64,000 nt of DNA, from the NCBI RefSeq assembly GCF_963538455.1, contig NZ_CAUTHR010000011.1. One strand, given 5' to 3'. Source of the stretch: Rothia mucilaginosa. Lineage in GTDB: Bacteria; Actinomycetota; Actinomycetes; Actinomycetales; Micrococcaceae. Of the stretch, positions 46,901 to 55,360 are shown piece by piece; position 1 is the stretch's first letter, and each line of letters opens with the position of its first letter. The position numbers and the translations under genes were made by a program. The notes beneath the pieces were generated by a model that was not told the origin of the DNA, made no database searches, and saw nothing but the letters and a program-made list of their open reading frames with translations.

Positions 46901-46996
46901 GCCCGTGGAGCATGACGAGAAAATGAGTGCCGTCGTGACACCCAAAATCAAAGGGAAGCGGAGTAGACGCTGACGCGCTGTGGTGTGGTTGGTCAT
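43949..46996 (-). CDS. Large coiled-coil lipoprotein, YhgE/Pip/EsaA-like ectodomain
   Basis: Lipobox-like IFSSC, LPVRVSLQY..LNGYSGEITIKVTVEN beta domain, long heptad helices, central SEAPSPAP repeats, terminal strand VKTVYTFQIG. Confidence 0.7.
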   Translation of the reverse strand: MTNHTTARQRLLRFPLILGVTTALIFSSCSTGTNNNSTPSDKGTVTSQSPRQVENATNVLQNVNVQMGRDGEVSSIESTNIYVNDKDRTSSSSNVQFKPKDVVNDLPVRVSLQYSTERGSGTNLNDLNGYSGEITIKVTVENLTVKTEDVTYDASGTSRTSPAPVGTPFSIAASTVLSGSPTQVITTPDAADSSTNGVVSTNDEGKAVVQWGAISAPPVTGSSSSFVLKVKAKDFSAPTFNISVQPGFASDLSGAGIITNGFTSQDASQVALLQRTIDTVNEVNTTLTSASSQVAQVRQSLDDTSATLGKDTAEHLKTQNESLTKTMQGLQANIESLQKDLSEASRTNNSQLISQLERTVATLHSMLGDTTARPNVSVSHSGGRCVVHREESANSRSVYGNLVQLSAVLNAYAEASSDCQQDLTASIREIVGPEHPTAETCSSNGSVTCALFGASVTVQSSLIALVATGEKIVDHLQPEYLKGANNNYSALKRQMDELVEQVEKDPSSLDGDAVRSLSEKVSAARQSVNQMKETSSRLIESIKNVHSRAASARAELVDGSGSMSAQNKELAEQLCALSTERGGSLSAEQVEHLRGYLTASSCGAAASPSAAPSSEAPSEAPSPAPSEAPSPAPSESASVAPSEEPSKKVEAPSAAPSSEAPSAEPTATEGNTRVITVENANERTYTSNTPAARTPMEQRIAAAVAAWDEVLAATSMDDPKEGLARDAKDLNDAVNAVDGALGEVEKTLNDAANAQNQDAEKREEPTDQAKVSLRDRIHSASDAVNALGKNLEDMTNMQSDLSTAIKEAFKESADETRESLTSMISEEIRKVSSDGSSSASAAKAAFSASIAGITDTANTVVQVAGESIEVQHKDMNDRIEGLRQSLDSVTERSLVALSTRAENATRDLAGASVQLNNDLSKLMLDLGDSNAEGAGLLGALKSNSAKAGAADYQLALAMQNAQGYTNLRSEDIAALQKRQAQFKASLQRLRSLPTFHLSNAGSAEVKTVYTFQIGD

Positions 46997-47274
46997 GATG
47001 ATCTTTTCGTTGAGTTACATACCGTGCAGACACATAACAGTGGAAAGTTTGAAACGCCACTGATAGTGCCCACCTGAGTGGAAAGGGTCAGGGGCAAAGC
47101 CGGAAAGAGAAAAAGCCCCGTACCACTTTATCAGTCCAATATGGGAAGGTTGATATTTTTTCCTCCTAGTCGGTGCCTCATCAGGATATTCAATTCAACC
47201 TTGAGGTGATAGTTAAAGGTATTTTTCATTTCGTTTCAGTCTAGTGCACTTACCGAACTCTATTCGACATAGAA

Positions 47275-47312
47275 AACCCCGCGGCTGAGGTCATCTCTCA
47301 GCCCGCGGGGTT
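47275..47312 (-). terminator. Palindromic terminator of the island repeat family
   Basis: AACCCCGCGGCTGAG-N-CTCAGCCCGCGGGGTT. Confidence 0.7.
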
Positions 47313-47319
47313 CCACGGT

Positions 47320-48222
47320 TTAGCTGGCCGCAGGTTCAGCCTCCGGCTCCTCCTCATCTTCCTTCTCGGGGATAGCAACACCCACGGTCACGTACCTCTT
47401 CGCCAGCAAGTACGAGGCGATAACCGGCACCACGTACACCAGCGACAATCCACTACCGGACTGCACAACATCAGCGGCAAGACGGGCCGCCGCCAAACAT
47501 CCACCCAAACCCACTAGGGCTACGCAGAAGCCGCGCAACACGCCATACCCGGCAGTGCCCTCCTCAAAGGTCGACGCCCACAGCTTGAATAGGGTGCGGC
47601 GCACAAAAATTAGGAAAACCGGCACCAGGCACAGCACCACCGAAACACCCACAGGCTCATAACCGGCAGTAGCGAACGAAACCACCGGAATCAGCAGGCA
47701 GAAGAGCACCATCAGGGCGCTCACACCCAGCACCACCGCGCGCACATACCGGTTGATGCGCTCCATACGGCGCAGGTTGGGGATCTCATCGCTCGGCTGC
47801 GCGGCATTGTAGAAGAACAGCAGCAGAATCAGCGCGGACGCCGCCACATACCAGGGCACAAAATTGATGCCGTCCACCTGCGGGGTGAAAGCAACCGGCG
47901 GGACACCCGCCAGGGAGAGAGCAGCGAGCAGAACAATCGCGGCAACGCAGAGCGTGCCCACTGTCAGCAGAAAGTAATGGTACGCGCCGCCGTTCTTGGT
48001 GTTTTTCACGCAGTGCTCATGAGTGCCGTCAATCGTCACGACCGAAAACAGCATTATCGAGATGGATAGGATGCTCCACGCGTATTCACCCGTCACGACG
48101 GGGACGAGCATGAGAAGAATGGATATAGAGAAAAGAATCCACAGGAATATTCGCTGCAGGGTCGGTGAGGACGCGAGGGCCTCTCCAAAAAAGCCGATGA
48201 TAAAGTCACCGATAATGTCCAT
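47320..48222 (-). CDS. Multi-TM hypothetical protein, family B (paralogue of 23930-24805)
   Basis: AAAGGA RBS; shared motifs with 23930. Confidence 0.8.
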   Translation of the reverse strand: MDIIGDFIIGFFGEALASSPTLQRIFLWILFSISILLMLVPVVTGEYAWSILSISIMLFSVVTIDGTHEHCVKNTKNGGAYHYFLLTVGTLCVAAIVLLAALSLAGVPPVAFTPQVDGINFVPWYVAASALILLLFFYNAAQPSDEIPNLRRMERINRYVRAVVLGVSALMVLFCLLIPVVSFATAGYEPVGVSVVLCLVPVFLIFVRRTLFKLWASTFEEGTAGYGVLRGFCVALVGLGGCLAAARLAADVVQSGSGLSLVYVVPVIASYLLAKRYVTVGVAIPEKEDEEEPEAEPAAS

Positions 48223-48249
48223 GGTGGATTCCTTTCTGCGGAGGTGGGG

Positions 48250-48780
48250 TTACTCTTTGATCTCTTCAAAGCGGAGGACGCTGAAGTCGAATTCATCGTT
48301 TCGGGAATAGAAGGACTTGTATGCCCTGTATTTCTTGCCCGTCTCAAAGTTCTGGAGGTATTTGCGGATGGGTATACCATCAGGGGATTTGCTCGATGTG
48401 ATGATTCCGCACTCTTCCGTTTCGAATTCGCCGGAGATTGAGTAGGGGTCCTCATGCTCAATGATTTCGACGGAGGTGACAGTGCAGATAGCGGATTCAT
48501 TGCCCGGGTTGTAGTTGGTCATGAAATGTAAGGACGCAAGGAACCCTAGCATGACTGCCATGATTATGATGACGTCGCGTGCGCCCCATGTATCTTTTGC
48601 TATTTTGCGAAGATACTCTTTGAAATCGACTTTATTCTTCTTTTTCTTGACGTATCTCTTTTTGTTGGTCTTCTTCGTAGCCCCAGTTTCGGCAATGTAA
48701 TTTGCCTCTGGGTAACTCTTTTTCTTTGAGATGTTCCTTTTCTTTGAAGCGTTCTTTTTCCTCGGGGAGTTCTTCTTCAT
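48250..48780 (-). CDS. Single-TM protein, family C, with Lys-rich N-terminus
   Basis: CTVT..GEFETEECG..GKKY..RFEEIKE shared with 21352. Confidence 0.75.
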   Translation of the reverse strand: MKKNSPRKKNASKKRNISKKKSYPEANYIAETGATKKTNKKRYVKKKKNKVDFKEYLRKIAKDTWGARDVIIIMAVMLGFLASLHFMTNYNPGNESAICTVTSVEIIEHEDPYSISGEFETEECGIITSSKSPDGIPIRKYLQNFETGKKYRAYKSFYSRNDEFDFSVLRFEEIKE

Positions 48781-49145
48781 TGTTCTTCACCTTCTTTCTG
48801 AGCTGCGGGCTGTTATTCCGTGCTAGGTTTCTAGGCTTTCGTTGCCTTGTGTGCTTTGCGGCTTACTTCGGTTGTGCCCATGGTGTGTACGTCCTTGTGT
48901 GGTGGTTGGTGAATCGTTCCCGCCCCGGTGGTGGCGGGCACGTTCTTAGCCTATCGCACCCTATCTGGACGGGAGGTTAACTCGACGCAATGCTCGGGTG
49001 AAGACTCGGCAACCACTTCGCAGATAGCCCGAATCCGTGCCTAACCACCCGATTTCCTCGGCTACTCTGAGAACGAACCCGCACCCTCCGCACCGTTGCC
49101 GGAAGGCTGCGGGTCACCGATAAACAGAAAGGTTAGTGAACGGCC

Positions 49146-49808
49146 ATGATAATTACCTACACCATGACTGCCGTATGGGGCGTACTATGCCTTGGGCTGA
49201 TGTACAAAATCTGCCGCTCCGCTATCGCCCATGAAATGAGCCGCCACCACGACAAGAAGCTACGCGCCGAAAACATATACATCATCCGAGGCAAGCTTCG
49301 CATCATCATTCTGGCCAGCTTTGTAGCTCTCATATTTCCTATCGCAATGTTCCTAACGCACCTACTCGGCGACATGGGATTCCACCTTTTCTACGACATC
49401 GCAGCGTTCTGCGCCATGTGCATGGCTATCTGCTTCTTCTACGGACCTGTTGAGGATTACACCGAAATCTCGCCGGAAGGAATCGAAAGGGGCGAATCAT
49501 TTCTAGACACGGTCTTCTACCCGCTCAACGCAATCGACGCAGTCTCATACAGCCAGGCCTCTGATAGCGACGAGTCAGACAGCGTTACTTTTAAAACAAA
49601 ATCAGGCAAGACAATTACGAATTTCAGCCCCGGCGATGACGGTTACTACCTCCTCGCAATGACCCGATTCAGGATCGAAAACGACCGCTGGCCAGACATG
49701 AACAACCCCGAAGAAGCCGCCCAGGTTAAGGCATGGATGAACTGGAGCTCCACCATCCCGCACATCAAGGACAAGGAAATCACCGGTCTCGCCGAAGTGG
49801 ACATGTAG
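49146..49808 (+). CDS. Putative immunity membrane protein, family A copy 7 (orphan, divergent)
   Basis: ISPEGIE, YPLNAID, RFRIENDRWPDMNNP, TGLAEVDM; GAAAGG RBS. Confidence 0.8.
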   Translation: MIITYTMTAVWGVLCLGLMYKICRSAIAHEMSRHHDKKLRAENIYIIRGKLRIIILASFVALIFPIAMFLTHLLGDMGFHLFYDIAAFCAMCMAICFFYGPVEDYTEISPEGIERGESFLDTVFYPLNAIDAVSYSQASDSDESDSVTFKTKSGKTITNFSPGDDGYYLLAMTRFRIENDRWPDMNNPEEAAQVKAWMNWSSTIPHIKDKEITGLAEVDM

Positions 49809-50045
49809 CCCGCGATTCAGCCCGTATTGAGTGCGTGCACGGTGTGTTTCTCAACCAATATTTCCGCAATTTTTCTGCCGGAAAAACGTGGTCTAGCCCG
49901 CATTGTTTAAGCCTCAACTAGAAGGTGTACTCTGCACGTAAAAACATTAACGTTGAGGCTTACAATAAGAAATGGTCAATGCACAGCCGCACACCGTGCA
50001 CGCACCATGTCACTTCACAGAAACACCGACCCCGAAAGGCACATC

Positions 50046-50285
50046 ATGGCCACCAAGAAGCCCGCACGCCTCACCCGCCGCGCAGCACTCGCCGCCGCAG
50101 GCGCAGGCGCAGCAACCGCCCTCGGCGCACTGCTCACCCCCGCGCAGGCAACCACCTACCGCCCGACCGTGCGCCGCACCCCCTACAACGGCTACTACTC
50201 CAACCGTTACGGCCGCCGCGGCCGCGTCGTCATCAGCGACTACTACGGCAGCTCCTACAGCCACTACTACTATTACGGCGGCTAA
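50046..50285 (+). CDS. Small Tat-signal secreted Tyr/Arg/Gly-rich peptide
   Basis: GAAAGG RBS, LTRRAAL motif, h-region, AQA cleavage site, C-ending codons, hairpin at 50312-50348. Confidence 0.8.
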   Translation: MATKKPARLTRRAALAAAGAGAATALGALLTPAQATTYRPTVRRTPYNGYYSNRYGRRGRVVISDYYGSSYSHYYYYGG

Positions 50286-50413
50286 AGAATCCCAAACCAA
50301 AAAACATATACTGGAAGACGGCGCTACACTCGTGTAGTGCCGTCTTCCCGTTAGATGCCCCAGGCATCACCCGCACCGCGGTGCGGAAAATACACCACAG
50401 ATAGAGAGAACCC

Positions 50414-51160
50414 ATGAAGAACGTAACCCGCCGATCCGCCCTCGGCCTGCTCGCAGCAACCGGTGGTGCGACCCTCCTGGCAGCATGCGGTGCACAGCCC
50501 CAGGTAGCCAGCGGCTCTGCATCTGCATCCGGTAGCGCCTCTGCTTCCGCGGCGGCATCTAAGAGTGTTCGTAGCGACTACTCCGGTGTTGCAGTCCTGG
50601 ATGGTTACACCTCCAAGCCTGCTAACTACCAGCCCGCAACCCGTACCGAGCCGTCCAAGAACGCCCCCGTGCCGGTCAAGCCCGCTGTCGCTAACGAGAA
50701 CAGCGTGGAGGGACTGTACCAGTCCATCGCGTTCTTCGGCGCAGCCATGGAATACTACATGCGCACCGGTAAGACCGAACCGCTGCGTGAATGCGCGCTC
50801 GACAAGTCCGAGCTGAAGAGCATGATTGAGCCGGCAAGTGGCACCCTTGGCGAGAAACTGGTCAAGGGTGAAGCCTGGATGCACGACGCGTCCGTCACCA
50901 TCACCATGCTTTCCGCGCAGCCCGAACGTGAGGGTGACACCTACAACTGGAATATCCGCCTGACTATGGATCCCGGCGAGTTCATTGCAAGCAAGGACCG
51001 TGTGCAGGAAGCTCCCTCTGAATCGGATCGTAAGGACGAGGTGGAGCGCACCCTGCACGGCGTGTATGAGAACGGCGCGTGGAAGCTGACGGGTATGCGT
51101 GCTTCTTCCTCTTCGTCCTCGGCTTCTGCAGTAGCTTCAGCATCGGCTTCTGCTTCCTAA
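50414..51160 (+). CDS. Tat-signal lipoprotein (DUF6318-like)
   Basis: TRRSALG..LAAC, Ser/Ala linker, YQPAT..P.KNAPVPVKP..ENSVEGL. Confidence 0.7.
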   Translation: MKNVTRRSALGLLAATGGATLLAACGAQPQVASGSASASGSASASAAASKSVRSDYSGVAVLDGYTSKPANYQPATRTEPSKNAPVPVKPAVANENSVEGLYQSIAFFGAAMEYYMRTGKTEPLRECALDKSELKSMIEPASGTLGEKLVKGEAWMHDASVTITMLSAQPEREGDTYNWNIRLTMDPGEFIASKDRVQEAPSESDRKDEVERTLHGVYENGAWKLTGMRASSSSSSASAVASASASAS

Positions 51161-51195
51161 AAGCTTCAGCCTAGAAGCGTATAGCTTCTACACCT

Positions 51196-51243
51196 CAAAG
51201 GCGCCCGCTCCGTGGCTAGAAACCACGAGGCGGGCGCCTTTCT
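51196..51243. terminator. Bidirectional terminator
   Basis: AAAGGCGCCCGC...GCGGGCGCCTTT. Confidence 0.75.
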
Positions 51244-51279
51244 TATATACGCAATAAAGCATATACCCTTATCGGGGTG

Positions 51280-53262
51280 CTACCAGATGCGCACGCGCTC
51301 CTCCGGAGCCAAGTACAGTGCATCGCCCGCAGAGACATCAAACGCCTCATAGAACTCATCAATATTGCGCACCACACCGTTCACACGGAACTCATCCGGC
51401 GAATGTGGATCCACCGAAATCATCACCTCAGCATGCTGCGGGCGGGACTTCGTGCACCAGCCGCGAGCATTCGAGAAGAAGAAACGCTGAATACCGGTCA
51501 TGCCGTCAATCACCGGTGCGTCAGCCAGCGACTCAATGCCCTGCTTCTTCAAAGCCAGGCGGTACGCCTTCAATGCAATCGACATGCCGGACAAATCACC
51601 AATGTTCTCACCCAGAGTCAGCTCACCATTCACGTGGAACTTCGGGTCCAGACCCACCGGAACGTACGCGTTGTACTGCTCCACCAGCGCTGCGGTACGC
51701 TCCTTGAACTTCGCGTAATCCTCCTCAGTCCACCAGCTCTCCAGCTTGCCGTCACCGTCGTAGCGGGAACCCTGATCGTCAAAACCGTGGCCAATCTCGT
51801 GGCCAATAATCATGCCGATATTGCCGTAGTTCGCCGCATCGTCAGCATCCGGGTTGAAGTACGGGGGCTGCAGAATAGCCGCCGGGAACACAATCTCGTT
51901 TGCTGGGGGCATGTAGTACGCGTTCACGGTCTGCGGAGTCATCAGCCACTCCGACTTATCCACCGGCTGACCCTTACGGGCAATCAGCCAGTCAGCATCA
52001 AATGCGCCGGTGCGGCGCAGGTTCTCGAACAGGTCACCGGGCACCAGCTCCAGTGCGGAGAAGTCACGCCACTTATCGGGGTAACCAATCTTGGTGACGA
52101 ACTTCGACAGCTTCTCCAGCGCCTTCTCGCGGGTTGCCTCAGTCATCCAGTCCAGCGACTCGATGGACTCGCGGTACGCCTCCAGGAGGTTGCCGACCAG
52201 AACCAGCATCTTCTCCTTGTGTGCGGGTGGGAAGTGCACGGCCACGTACTCCTGGCCAATCTCCTCACCCAGAGCCTTCTCAACAGCGCCCACGCCGCGC
52301 TTCCAACGCTCACGAATCTGCTGAGTACCGGAGAGGGTCTTGCCGTAGAAGTTGAAGCTCTCCTGAACCAGCGCATCATACATGAACGGCGCGCGCGAAC
52401 GCAGAACAGTCCATACAGCCCACAGCTTCCAGCTCATCAGCGGGATGGAGGTGAACAGCTTAGCCGCACCCTCAAAGAAGGACGGCTGAGCCACAATAAC
52501 CTGGCCCAGGGTCTCCGGGTCAGCGCCGAGAGCCAGCAGCCACTGGGAGAACGGGAAGCCGGGGAACTTCTCGTCCAGCTCGGTCGCCTGGTACGGGTTG
52601 TAGGTTGCTTCAGCGTCGCGGTTCTCCACGACGTTCCAGTGCAGACGAGCCAGCTCAGACTCGTGAGTGAACACCAGCTGAGCCGCCTGCTCCGGGGTCA
52701 GGCCAAAGCCCTCAGCCAGACCGGTCAGCTCAAACATGCGGGCAATATGCTCAACATACGCCGCGCACGCCTGCTCGTGCTTCTCTTCACGGTAGTACGA
52801 CTCATCCGGCAGACCCAGACCCGACTGGTACAGGAAGAACGTGTAATTCTTCGGGTCCTTCGGGTCATTGCTGGTGTACCAGGCGAACAGCTGTGGCAGA
52901 CCCGCACGAGACAGCAGCGCCAGGGTCACAGCCAGGTGGGAGGGGGTTGCCGAGTTCAGAATCGGGGCGATTTCCTTCAGCAGCGGCTCCAGGCCGTCCG
53001 CCTCAATCTTCTCAACATCCATGAAGGAGTTGTACAGCGCGCCAATACGGGACTCCGGCTGCTCCTTCGCAATCTTCTCCACCAGCTCACGCACGTGCTT
53101 CTCTGCGTTATCGCGGAGGGTGTACAGGCCGCCGTCCTTGGGGCGATCCGCCGGGATTTCGTGGGTAACAAGCCACTTACCGTTGACGTGGCGGAAGAAA
53201 TCATCGCCCGGCTTGACGGTTTCATCCACCCATTCTTTAGTGATTCCAGAGTTAGTAGTCAT
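51280..53262 (-). CDS. pepO: M13 family zinc endopeptidase (PepO/Zmp1-like)
   Basis: PGDDFFRHVNG.W, VNAYY, HEIGHGFD, GENIGD, DPHSP..FRVN. Confidence 0.93.
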   Translation of the reverse strand: MTTNSGITKEWVDETVKPGDDFFRHVNGKWLVTHEIPADRPKDGGLYTLRDNAEKHVRELVEKIAKEQPESRIGALYNSFMDVEKIEADGLEPLLKEIAPILNSATPSHLAVTLALLSRAGLPQLFAWYTSNDPKDPKNYTFFLYQSGLGLPDESYYREEKHEQACAAYVEHIARMFELTGLAEGFGLTPEQAAQLVFTHESELARLHWNVVENRDAEATYNPYQATELDEKFPGFPFSQWLLALGADPETLGQVIVAQPSFFEGAAKLFTSIPLMSWKLWAVWTVLRSRAPFMYDALVQESFNFYGKTLSGTQQIRERWKRGVGAVEKALGEEIGQEYVAVHFPPAHKEKMLVLVGNLLEAYRESIESLDWMTEATREKALEKLSKFVTKIGYPDKWRDFSALELVPGDLFENLRRTGAFDADWLIARKGQPVDKSEWLMTPQTVNAYYMPPANEIVFPAAILQPPYFNPDADDAANYGNIGMIIGHEIGHGFDDQGSRYDGDGKLESWWTEEDYAKFKERTAALVEQYNAYVPVGLDPKFHVNGELTLGENIGDLSGMSIALKAYRLALKKQGIESLADAPVIDGMTGIQRFFFSNARGWCTKSRPQHAEVMISVDPHSPDEFRVNGVVRNIDEFYEAFDVSAGDALYLAPEERVRIW

Positions 53263-53369
53263 GGTTCCATTCTAGGTTCTTAACGTAAGAAGCCACACGA
53301 TTACCGACAAGCCACCATATGGTGACTCACCAGCAAACGTGTGGCTTCCTTACACGAAAGACCGGGCAA

Positions 53370-54818
53370 TTATGCCTGAGCCGCCAGCTTCTCTGCACGC
53401 TCAGCCATCAGACGCTTCTCAGCACCGTTGACCAGCCACAGGAACAGAACCGCCAGACCCGAGCACACAATCATGAAGACAAACGCGGTGCTCCAGCCCC
53501 AGTGGTCAACAATAATGCCGATACCGGCAGAAGCCAGAGTTGCACCCAGCGCGTAACCGAACAGACCGGTGAAGCCCGCCGCGGTACCCGCAACATGCGA
53601 AGGCGACAGGTCAATAGCCTGCAGACCAATCAGCATGACCGGGCCGTAAATCAGGCCACCAATCAGAGCCAACGCAACGTACGCAATCCACAGCGGCGCA
53701 TCCGAAGAAGGCAGCCAGTACAGCAGAATTGCGCCGACGGTCGCAACCAGGAACAGGATACCCGCGGGGGAGCGGCGACCCTTGAACATGCGGTCAGAAA
53801 CGTAACCGCACAGGACGGTACCGCCAATACCGGCAAGTTCCAGAATCGAGAAGCCCGCAATGCCGCCCTCAAGGGAAGCGTGACGCACATCGTGCAGGTA
53901 CTTCGGTGCCCACACCAGCACGCCGTAACGCAGGGTGTACACGAACACGTTCGCCAGAGCCAGGTACACCATGGTCGAGTTGGTCAGCACGTGCTTACGG
54001 ATGGTAGTCCACGTGGACTCTGCACGATCCTCAGCGGTGGATTCAACCTTGTGCGGGTCGTTGCGGTACACGTCAACGGTGGGCAGGCCCTCCGCCTCGG
54101 GGTTATCGCGAATCAGCAGCCACGCCACAAATGCGAGCACGAAGCTGATAACAGCGGGGAACCAGAAAGCAACTTCCCAGGTCTTGCCGAACATGGAGAA
54201 GCCCCACGCAACCAGCAGACCGGACAGCGCACCACCAACGTTGTGGGCGGTGTTCCACCAGGAAACCTTCGTGCCGCGCTCACTGGTGGAGAACCAGTTC
54301 ACGAGCACACGGCCGGAGGGCGGCCAACCCATGCCCTGGAAGATGCCGTTGAAGACCATAATGGTCGCCATGATGGAGGCGATAGCGGCAGCGTAGCCCG
54401 TCGCACCCGCGCCTTCACCCATGTAACCGGTCATTGCCAGCAGGATGTTTGCAACACCCGAGAGCACCAGACCAATTGGTAAGAAGAGACGCGCGTTGGA
54501 GCGGTCAGAAATCATTGCGGTGAAGAACTTGCTGAAGCCGTAAGCCAGCAGCAGTGCCGTGGACAGCGCACCAATCGCCGCGTTGCTGAAGCCCAGTTCC
54601 TTGGTCAGAATCGGGGTGACCAGCGGGACGTTGTTACGAATCAGGTAGAAGGTTGCGTAACCGATGAAAATACCCATGAAGACCTGTAGGCGCATGCGCG
54701 GGTACTTCGCATTAACTTCTGCTTCGCTGAGCTGAGGCTTGGGTGCCGGAATGGCGAGCCAGCGGGGTACAGAACCCTTCTTCTTCTTTGATGAAGTGGT
54801 AGTAGTCATATTTGGCAT
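53370..54818 (-). CDS. glpT: Organophosphate:Pi antiporter (GlpT/PgtP, MFS OPA family)
   Basis: GYATFYLIR.N, AYGFSKF, QGMGWPP, ERG..WNTAHNVGG, GTAAGFTGLFGY; PgtP specificity not excluded. Confidence 0.8.
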   Translation of the reverse strand: MPNMTTTTSSKKKKGSVPRWLAIPAPKPQLSEAEVNAKYPRMRLQVFMGIFIGYATFYLIRNNVPLVTPILTKELGFSNAAIGALSTALLLAYGFSKFFTAMISDRSNARLFLPIGLVLSGVANILLAMTGYMGEGAGATGYAAAIASIMATIMVFNGIFQGMGWPPSGRVLVNWFSTSERGTKVSWWNTAHNVGGALSGLLVAWGFSMFGKTWEVAFWFPAVISFVLAFVAWLLIRDNPEAEGLPTVDVYRNDPHKVESTAEDRAESTWTTIRKHVLTNSTMVYLALANVFVYTLRYGVLVWAPKYLHDVRHASLEGGIAGFSILELAGIGGTVLCGYVSDRMFKGRRSPAGILFLVATVGAILLYWLPSSDAPLWIAYVALALIGGLIYGPVMLIGLQAIDLSPSHVAGTAAGFTGLFGYALGATLASAGIGIIVDHWGWSTAFVFMIVCSGLAVLFLWLVNGAEKRLMAERAEKLAAQA

Positions 54819-55175
54819 TCTATAAGTGGGGCCTTATAAAAATGCTAATCTACTGGGCATGTTTTCACTAAATTGTTCAGTGTAGTGAACGAATATTCAG
54901 AGTGATTATTCTATAAATACTTGTTTTACCCCGGAATTGCAGGGAAGTATGAAATCCATGTGATGCACATCTGTCTACTGGGCAACATTGCCGTGCATAG
55001 CGTAACGAATATAAATACTTTCTTTGTTGAGCAAATGCATGTTTTGGTCAGACCACAACTAAATTTAGAGTAATTTATACCCTAAGTTCAAAAAGAAAAC
55101 CACTTAAACACCACTAAATCAGGACTCCACAAACACCCCGCAGGCACCCACCCGCTCAACCCAAAAACTGCACAG

Positions 55176-55220
55176 AAAAACCCGCCCGCACGGTGCAGAA
55201 GAATCCGTGCGGGCGGGCCC
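55176..55220 (-). terminator. Terminator after metE
   Basis: CCCGCCCGCACGG...CCGTGCGGGCGGG with a T-run on the minus strand. Confidence 0.7.
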
Positions 55221-55360
55221 GTTATCTATCCCCAAAAGCTCGGCATACAGTCGGTACGCATACCGGCACGAAGCCGAACAGCCGCCACCTGCCGCAGGTT
55301 ACCGCGAGCAAACCATCATCCGGTCAACCCGCAGCAGGCAGCGGAACCAATAGGCGCCTC

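Noticed and set aside
54959..54976. Possible CRP/GlxR site upstream of glpT (TGTGA-N6-TCTGT)
   Set aside because: Second half-site matches poorly in an AT-rich region.
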